This document shows positions 57,847 to 64,000 of a DNA stretch of 64,000 nucleotides, piece by piece (position 1 is the first letter of the stretch; every line of letters begins with the position of its first letter). The notes beneath the pieces were generated by a model, which searched no databases, was not told the DNA's origin, and was given only the letters and a program-made list of their open reading frames with translations. The stretch spans positions 114,385 to 178,384 of the forward strand of contig SVIH01000001.1 of the NCBI GenBank assembly GCA_015069575.1. Reading direction: 5' to 3'. Source of the stretch: Clostridiales bacterium. Its GTDB lineage: Bacteria; Bacillota; Clostridia; Christensenellales; QALW01. The position numbers and the translations under genes were made by a program.

Positions 57847-57849
57847 TTT

Positions 57850-58344
57850 TTACTCCTTTATACCGTTTTTATTTAATTTATCATTAACATAATCATATAT
57901 TTCAGGTGATACCATCTTTTTTATGTTACCACCTAATTGACCAATTTCGCGAACAATACTGGAAGATAAAAAGCTATGCTCTGTATTTGCCATTAAAAAA
58001 ACTGCCTCAAATTCATCATCAAGCATTTGGTTGAATGTTGCCCATTGAAGTTCATACTCAAAATCAGTAACAGCCCTTAATCCCCTTACAGCAGCGGTAG
58101 CACCAACTTTTTTCATATAATCTACCATTAACCCGCTAAAACAATCAACTTCAACATTTTTAATGTTTTTAGTGCATTTCTTTATCATTTCAATTCGTTC
58201 ATCAACGCTGAAATAACAATTCTTTTCAGGATTATACATCACTGTAACTATTAATTTATCTGCCATTTTAGACGCTCTTTTAATTATATCCAAATGGCCT
58301 AATGTTATCGGGTCAAAACTACCCGGATAAACCATTGTTTTCAT
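57850..58344 (-). CDS. coaD: Phosphopantetheine adenylyltransferase
   Basis: YPGSFDPITLGHLDII, SSSIVREI. Confidence 0.95.
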   Translation of the reverse strand: MKTMVYPGSFDPITLGHLDIIKRASKMADKLIVTVMYNPEKNCYFSVDERIEMIKKCTKNIKNVEVDCFSGLMVDYMKKVGATAAVRGLRAVTDFEYELQWATFNQMLDDEFEAVFLMANTEHSFLSSSIVREIGQLGGNIKKMVSPEIYDYVNDKLNKNGIKE

Positions 58345-58892
58345 TATTTTCCTCCAAGAAAAGTCAATGCTCGACTGCCATAAACACGCTTATCGGTTAC
58401 TTCTAAACCAAATGTATTATCAATAACAAAATCTCTTGAATGTTCAAGAATTATTTTGCCGTTTTCTTTTAATAAATATTGCGCTGAATCAATTATATCT
58501 TCATATAGCCCTTCATTATAAGGAGGGTCAGCAAAAATAAAATCAAATTTTTCGTTGTTTTTCGCAAAAGAAGATAAAATAAATTTAAAATCACCGCAAA
58601 TAACACGGCAAGATTCATTTAAGCCAATGTTAGAAATGTTTTTATTAACTAACGACACATTTTTATCAATAAAAGTAACATTTGCACCATTTGATGCTGC
58701 TTCAATGCCGTTTTGACCTGTACCGCAAAAAACATCAAGAAAATCAGAACCGGGAAGATCAAATCTGATTATATTAAACAGTGATTCTTTAACCCTTGCT
58801 GATGTAGGTCTAACAGTACTATCCTGCGGAGAAATAAGACCTTTCCCCCTATATTTACCACTGACAATTCTTAATAAACATTTATTTTTCAT
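58344..58892 (-). CDS. rsmD: 16S rRNA (guanine966-N2)-methyltransferase RsmD
   Basis: RIVSGKYRGK, RPTSARVKESLFN, DVFCGTG, FADPPY. The start is uncertain (ATG at 58892 versus TTG at 58922). Confidence 0.85.
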   Translation of the reverse strand: MKNKCLLRIVSGKYRGKGLISPQDSTVRPTSARVKESLFNIIRFDLPGSDFLDVFCGTGQNGIEAASNGANVTFIDKNVSLVNKNISNIGLNESCRVICGDFKFILSSFAKNNEKFDFIFADPPYNEGLYEDIIDSAQYLLKENGKIILEHSRDFVIDNTFGLEVTDKRVYGSRALTFLGGK

Positions 58893-58936
58893 AATTTTAT
58901 CATATTTTAATAATAAATTCAATAATTATTTTGTAA

Positions 58937-59539
58937 TTATTTGTTGTTTTTTAATTTATTAACGGTTTCCTTAAGTAGTTTTCTGTCTTTGTGCCCATAA
59001 AAATAACCAAATGAAACGGCAACAATAAAAAGTATCGCAGGAATAAAAAACATCGGTGCAAAAACAGCATTAGGTGTTGTAATATTTTTAAGTATTGTAA
59101 TTGCCGGCTGTGCAAAATCAATGCTGAATGCAGGGTTAAATGAAACAAAAGAACTTAAAACAGGTGTAAACGAAAGGAAAATAAGATATAAAATCATATA
59201 AACCATATCTGCAATAATACGATTATCGCCATTCCAACCTTTATATGTTAAAGCCATATATAAAATTGTTAAAACAATTGCAGGAATCATTGTTAAAAAA
59301 GAAGCCAATAAACCTTTATAAGATTTATAAACATTGTTTTTAGTATCATCTTCGCCTTTATTTCTTCCTGCATTAAATGCCAGATACAAAATAAATGCAA
59401 TAAAAAATAAACCAAATATCATTTTAATTGAAAAATCTATATCAGCGCTTAAACACATCATCATGCTGATAAATGCGATTACGCTTGTTGCAACAAAAGT
59501 TAAAAATAGCTTTAATATAAATTTAAGAAAATCTTTCAT
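58937..59539 (-). CDS. Polytopic membrane protein of unknown function
   Basis: Five or six hydrophobic helices. ATGA overlap with the upstream 5-FCL gene. Confidence 0.45.
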   Translation of the reverse strand: MKDFLKFILKLFLTFVATSVIAFISMMMCLSADIDFSIKMIFGLFFIAFILYLAFNAGRNKGEDDTKNNVYKSYKGLLASFLTMIPAIVLTILYMALTYKGWNGDNRIIADMVYMILYLIFLSFTPVLSSFVSFNPAFSIDFAQPAITILKNITTPNAVFAPMFFIPAILFIVAVSFGYFYGHKDRKLLKETVNKLKNNK

Positions 59540-60051
59540 ATTAACTCTCCGTAAATATTATTTTCTGTAACAATAACATCCATCTTAACATCAGTATTTT
59601 TTACAATAATACCTTCTGTTTCCTGACAAGAAAACGCAACACCAATTTTTAAACAATCTTTATTAATTAAAAATCTATCATAGTATCCTTTACCGAAGCC
59701 TAAACGATTACAATTTTTATCAAAAGCACATATTGGAACAATCACAGCATCAATCTTATCATTAAAAACATCACCAATTGGTTCGTTAATATTATATGAA
59801 CCTTTATAAAATCCACAAGGTTTTACTGCAACAATATTATTTTCTTCAATTCTTGGATAAAGGATTGTTTTTTTATTATCAACAAGTTGTGAAACATCAG
59901 CTTCATTATCAATACTGTTATAAAGCATAATTACTTTTTTATCTGCAATTATTTTTTTAATTTTTTGGCATATGATATCTGAAAATTTATTATATGATTC
60001 GATGCTTAATAACTTTCTTGATGCTCTTGCCTGTTTTCTTTTAATCAACAT
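59536..60051 (-). CDS. 5-formyltetrahydrofolate cyclo-ligase
   Basis: C-terminal VPICAFDKNCNRLGFGKGYYDRFL, matching the family P..AFD..G.RLG.G.GYYDR motif. Confidence 0.8.
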   Translation of the reverse strand: MLIKRKQARASRKLLSIESYNKFSDIICQKIKKIIADKKVIMLYNSIDNEADVSQLVDNKKTILYPRIEENNIVAVKPCGFYKGSYNINEPIGDVFNDKIDAVIVPICAFDKNCNRLGFGKGYYDRFLINKDCLKIGVAFSCQETEGIIVKNTDVKMDVIVTENNIYGELI

Positions 60052-61150
60052 AATGTTTTTTTACTCTGTTTGTAATGGATAATGGAATTTCATAACTTAT
60101 GGTTTCGCACCAACAAGCAACATCATCAGTGGTTATTTTTTCAGCACCTTGCTCACCTATCAAAACTACGCTATCACCTATTGAAACATCGGGAATATCT
60201 GTTACATCAACCATTGTCATATCCATACAAACCCTGCCAACAACTTTGGCTTTTTTATTATTGATAAGAACATATCCCTTGTTGGAATTTAACCGCTTAT
60301 ATCCATCACCATAACCAACAGGGATAACTGCTACAATCATATCTTTTTCCGCAGTATATGTACATCCGTAACTTATTTTTTCACCCTTTAAAATTGTATT
60401 AATTGCAATTACTGCTGTTTCAAATGATAAAACCGGCTCAACATTTATAGGTTTATCAACTTCATTTGATGGATAATAACCGTATAATATTATTCCTGCC
60501 CTTACCATATCAAAATTATATTCAGGATACGATAATAATGCCCCGCTGTTAGAACAATGAACAATTATATTTTTGAATCCTTTGTTTTTAATTATGTTAA
60601 CGGCTTTTATAAAATATTCTGCCTGATTAATTGTATATGTTTTATCAAAAGAATCAGAATCTGCAAAATGAGTAAAAACACCTTTTAAATTTAAATATTT
60701 GCTGTTATTAACAAATTCAAGAATTGTATCAATATCTTCTATTCTTACACCAATACGATGCATTCCACTATCAATTTTCAAATGAATATTTTTTGTTTTA
60801 TTAAACTTTTTACACGCTTTTTCAAGATTAATAAGCTCATCAAAACATGTAATTGTTTGATCGGCATCAATATTAACGCAATAATCTTCATCACCTTTAG
60901 GAACAGGCCCTAAACAAAGTATAGGTGTATTTATATTATTGTTACGAATAATCTCTGCTTCTTCAAGACATGCAACGCCAAGATAATCCGCACCAATTTC
61001 TTCAAATACTTTTGCGCATTCAATTATACCGTGCCCATATGCATCTGCTTTAACGAGAGCAAGAACTTTATTATTGCAATGTTTTTTTACTGACAGATAA
61101 TTATTTTTTAGTTTATTTAAATTAATAATACATTTAGTTGGTCTTGACAT
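60041..61150 (-). CDS. alr: Alanine racemase
   Basis: VKADAYGHG PLP-lysine motif and the C-terminal beta domain with GRVCMDM. Confidence 0.93.
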   Translation of the reverse strand: MSRPTKCIINLNKLKNNYLSVKKHCNNKVLALVKADAYGHGIIECAKVFEEIGADYLGVACLEEAEIIRNNNINTPILCLGPVPKGDEDYCVNIDADQTITCFDELINLEKACKKFNKTKNIHLKIDSGMHRIGVRIEDIDTILEFVNNSKYLNLKGVFTHFADSDSFDKTYTINQAEYFIKAVNIIKNKGFKNIIVHCSNSGALLSYPEYNFDMVRAGIILYGYYPSNEVDKPINVEPVLSFETAVIAINTILKGEKISYGCTYTAEKDMIVAVIPVGYGDGYKRLNSNKGYVLINNKKAKVVGRVCMDMTMVDVTDIPDVSIGDSVVLIGEQGAEKITTDDVACWCETISYEIPLSITNRVKKHYVD

Positions 61151-61189
61151 AGATTATCTCCTCCACTTCTTTATTATAATACATTATCT

Positions 61190-61236
61190 AAAAAAAATAA
61201 AGCAAAAACATTCTTTGTTATGTCTGTTTTTGCTTT
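61190..61236 (-). terminator. Intrinsic terminator after the LysM protein gene
   Basis: Minus strand aaagcaaaaaca-(14 nt)-tgtttttgcttt followed by a T run. Confidence 0.5.
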
Positions 61237-61245
61237 TTTATTAAA

Positions 61246-62763
61246 TTAAACCGCTAATTTGCGGAAAATATATATTCTTTTATTTTGTTCAGGTATATCT
61301 GATATATCTCCGTTAAGTTTTTTTACTTCATCAATATCAACACCATATTTTTTGCAAATATCCCACAAATTTTCCCCTTTTTGAACATTATAAATAATAA
61401 TGCCAAACTCTGGTAATGTCTCATTTTCATCTAAAATAACATTATTAACCAGTGTGCAATTATTCATTTTTTGGGGAACAAAATTTAAATCAAATCCTCC
61501 GCGAATTTCTATTTCGTTGCCTGACACTAATACTGCCTGAATATCTGTTAAACTTAAATTAACTAAAATTTTATCAATATCATTTAAAAGCATACTGTCA
61601 ACAACAATGTCAAACTCAACTGTTGTATTAAAACCATCTGCTTCACCGCTTCCTGATGCGGTATATACTGCACATACTTCACCAATACATTTTATTGTTG
61701 CTTTAGATGATTTTAATTGAACATCCACTGCAGATGGCATAAAACATACTGAATTTATCCTTGCAATAGGTGTTTTATTTTCAGGTAATTTCACCTGAAT
61801 ATTTTTATTGCTTGTTATGTTAAATTTTTCACCAAATTCTGATACTGATATGCCTTTTATTTCACAGTTTATTTTATTGCTTATTGAATACATATCCGAT
61901 ATAACATTTTTTTGTTGTACGGAAGTTGTAAAAACATATCCGCAAAGTCCTACTGTATATGCTATTCTGCGTATTTCGCCTTGTTCATTCGGTAAAATAC
62001 TTGTGTTTATTTCTTCAACAGATAAATTAACATTTGGTATGCCTGTATCGATATTTTTTAACTCAATTATTTGTGAAAAATCAAAATTATCTGTAACCTG
62101 AACTATAGGCTCATACTCATCTGTTGAATTATAAACCGTTTGCAAAGTTACTTCACCGCCAATAACTAACTGACCTGCTGAAATATGTGCTTCTTTAACA
62201 TTAACTGTTGAGGAAACAGATAAAATCTGATTGATTTCAGGTACTCTTGGTGAAAGTTCTTTTTCCTGATCAACGGAAAATCTTATATTCTTCCTATAAT
62301 CAATTTTACTTAAATTAATTTCCTGTTCTTTTTTTCTGTATTCATCACCTTCAATATCGGTAAAACATTCAATTTCATTAGGAGTAATTAACAACCCCGA
62401 GATATTGACTGTTGAATTTAACATCAGATTACCTGCTTCAATATAACCTCTTACTTTTTCACAGTTTGCACTTGCAAGCATATATGATGAAGGTGTCGCT
62501 CCATGACATGTTTCATTTAAACTAAATCTTTCGCTTCTTTCGATTTTTTTGATTCCGTTTTCATCTTTAATTACAGCACAAAAATTCTGTACACCTTCAA
62601 TTAATACTTCGTTATTTAACATTTCACATCGATTACAACAAGCATTTGCTGTTACTGTTAATAATTTTGCGTCATCGTCAATAAGTTCTTTTGCAGAAAC
62701 ATTTAAACTGTAGTTTCTTTTTTCTGTACAATCAAAACTAAGTTTTTCGCTATTAAAATCCAT
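61246..62763 (-). CDS. Spore-associated-type protein with repeated beta-rich (DUF3794/SPOCS-like) region and C-terminal LysM domain
   Basis: The C-terminal IIIYNVQKGENLWDICKKYGVDIDEVKKLN is a LysM motif. The N-terminal family assignment is tentative. Confidence 0.45.
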   Translation of the reverse strand: MDFNSEKLSFDCTEKRNYSLNVSAKELIDDDAKLLTVTANACCNRCEMLNNEVLIEGVQNFCAVIKDENGIKKIERSERFSLNETCHGATPSSYMLASANCEKVRGYIEAGNLMLNSTVNISGLLITPNEIECFTDIEGDEYRKKEQEINLSKIDYRKNIRFSVDQEKELSPRVPEINQILSVSSTVNVKEAHISAGQLVIGGEVTLQTVYNSTDEYEPIVQVTDNFDFSQIIELKNIDTGIPNVNLSVEEINTSILPNEQGEIRRIAYTVGLCGYVFTTSVQQKNVISDMYSISNKINCEIKGISVSEFGEKFNITSNKNIQVKLPENKTPIARINSVCFMPSAVDVQLKSSKATIKCIGEVCAVYTASGSGEADGFNTTVEFDIVVDSMLLNDIDKILVNLSLTDIQAVLVSGNEIEIRGGFDLNFVPQKMNNCTLVNNVILDENETLPEFGIIIYNVQKGENLWDICKKYGVDIDEVKKLNGDISDIPEQNKRIYIFRKLAV

Positions 62764-62853
62764 AAGTTCACCCTCCGTACAAATTTTATTGCTTATTTAC
62801 AGTAAAATATATACATATTTTTAAAAAAATATTCCAATACAATAAATTCACCG

Positions 62854-62881
62854 TTGCATTTTTTGTAAAATTTGATATAAT
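62854..62881 (+). promoter_or_regulatory. Sigma-A type promoter for the GNAT gene
   Basis: TTGCAT, 16 nt, then TGaTATAAT. Confidence 0.4.
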
Positions 62882-62909
62882 ATTAAAAAAGATTTTTTTG
62901 AGGTGTATT

Positions 62910-63443
62910 ATGTTAAGTTATAAACTTAGTATTCGCAAAATGGAAAGAAGCGATATTCCCTATCTTGTAACTTGGTCATCAAATTATTCGCATATTAAAG
63001 GATTTCATGGATATCTTCCAAAAAACACTAACGAAGGTAATAAATGGTATCAGCGTTCTTTGCTTGATAAAACACGCGATGATTACATGATTTATGTGTT
63101 TGAAGAAGGTGGAAATTCATATCCAATAGGTATGCTTGGTTTAATCAATATTGACGATGTAAATCGCAAAGGCGAATATTATATTATCGTTGGTAACGAA
63201 GAATTCCTTCACCGCGGAATTGCATATAAAACATCAAACGAAATGATTAAAAATAATTATTTTAAAGGTTTTGAATTTAATAAAGTATATGCTTGCATTG
63301 ATAAAGATAATTATCCTGCACAAAAGCTTGCCGAAAAGCTTGGTTTTAGAAAAGAAGGCGTTATGTTATCCGATATTGTTTTAGAAAACGGCACCACCGT
63401 TGATAGAATTTATTACGGTTTATTGGCTTCTGATAAGATTTAA
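62910..63443 (+). CDS. GNAT family N-acetyltransferase (RimJ/RimL-like)
   Basis: HRGIAYK acetyl-CoA loop and C-terminal NYPAQKLAEKLGFRKEG. The ATG at 62910 follows a GAGGTG RBS. Confidence 0.8.
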   Translation: MLSYKLSIRKMERSDIPYLVTWSSNYSHIKGFHGYLPKNTNEGNKWYQRSLLDKTRDDYMIYVFEEGGNSYPIGMLGLINIDDVNRKGEYYIIVGNEEFLHRGIAYKTSNEMIKNNYFKGFEFNKVYACIDKDNYPAQKLAEKLGFRKEGVMLSDIVLENGTTVDRIYYGLLASDKI

Positions 63444-63473
63444 GATATCAAATTTATAAAGGCAGCTTAAAAC

Positions 63474-63501
63474 AGCACCTTGCAAAAGGTGCTTTATTTT
63501 T
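63474..63501 (+). terminator. Intrinsic terminator after the GNAT gene
   Basis: agcacctt-gcaa-aaggtgct followed by ttattttt. Confidence 0.55.
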
Positions 63502-63505
63502 GATT

Positions 63506-64000
63506 ATGATTATTTTAGGATTTGACCCTGGTCTTGCAACATTAGGCTTTGGTGTTATTGAAACAAACGGACATAAACATAAAATGATTGAATATGGTGT
63601 TATTTCTACCCCACCTGATATGCCTACGCCTATCAGGTTAAGAAACATATTTAACGATGTTCAAACAGTTATTGACCGTTTTAAACCTGACGCTATCGCA
63701 GTTGAAGAATTATTTTTTAATAACAATGTTAAAACAGCAATAAGTGTTGCACAAGCTCGTGGTGCTTTACTTGCTGCAGCATCTATGAAAACAAATGAAC
63801 TTTACGAATACACACCTCTACAGATAAAACAAGCTATTGTTGGATATGGAAGAGCTGATAAGCATCAGGTTCAACAAATGGTTATGCATTTTTTAAACCT
63901 TGAAAAAGTTCCTAAACCTGATGACGCTGCTGATGGTTTAGCTGCTGCTATTTGTCACGCTCACACCGCTAAAATGAGCGCTCAATTTAAAATTAAGTAG
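63506..64000 (+). CDS. ruvC: Crossover junction endodeoxyribonuclease RuvC
   Basis: MIILGFDPGLATLGFGVIE (Asp), AVEELFF (Glu), DAADGLAAAICH (Asp/His). The stop is at the last window bases. Confidence 0.93.
   Translation: MIILGFDPGLATLGFGVIETNGHKHKMIEYGVISTPPDMPTPIRLRNIFNDVQTVIDRFKPDAIAVEELFFNNNVKTAISVAQARGALLAAASMKTNELYEYTPLQIKQAIVGYGRADKHQVQQMVMHFLNLEKVPKPDDAADGLAAAICHAHTAKMSAQFKIK

Overview
Low-GC, AT-rich chromosomal segment of a spore-forming Firmicute of the Clostridia type (spoVT, spoIIP and a ylbJ-like gene are present). Most of the window is ordinary core genome. It holds uvrC (cut by the window edge and absent from the ORF track), tig-clpP-clpX, a heterodimeric ABC exporter pair, divergent galT/galK, and the conserved dprA-topA-trmFO-hslV-hslU block. 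It also holds rnhA-mltG-rnj, nrdR-murI, rpmF-yceD-ackA, the rsmD-coaD-ylbJ-patatin-tmcAL neighbourhood, alr and ruvC. No rRNA, tRNA or CRISPR array was seen. The one clearly accessory segment lies at about 20.6-27.2 kb. It is a 5,365-bp, single-strand, tightly packed module with the gene order of a filamentous (inovirus-like) phage. The order runs: Rep_trans-like initiator, HTH protein, gV-sized ORF, tiny membrane ORFs, about 60-aa coat-like ORF followed by a terminator, signal-peptide/anchor gIII-like ORF, gVI-like ORF, Zot/pI-like P-loop ATPase, hairpin-rich intergenic region. A perfect 25-bp direct repeat bounds the module. At the right junction the repeat completes a perfect 15-4-15 palindrome that looks like a tyrosine-recombinase core site. 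The left junction sits about 60 bp upstream of a 348-aa Xer-like tyrosine recombinase gene that lies outside the repeats. The repeat also lies in frame inside the phage rep ORF, so integration appears to have split rep. My leading hypothesis is a Gram-positive filamentous prophage captured at a recombinase-linked, dif-like site, in the manner of IMEX elements; this is inference only. All protein family calls come from motif recognition by eye, and no searches were run.
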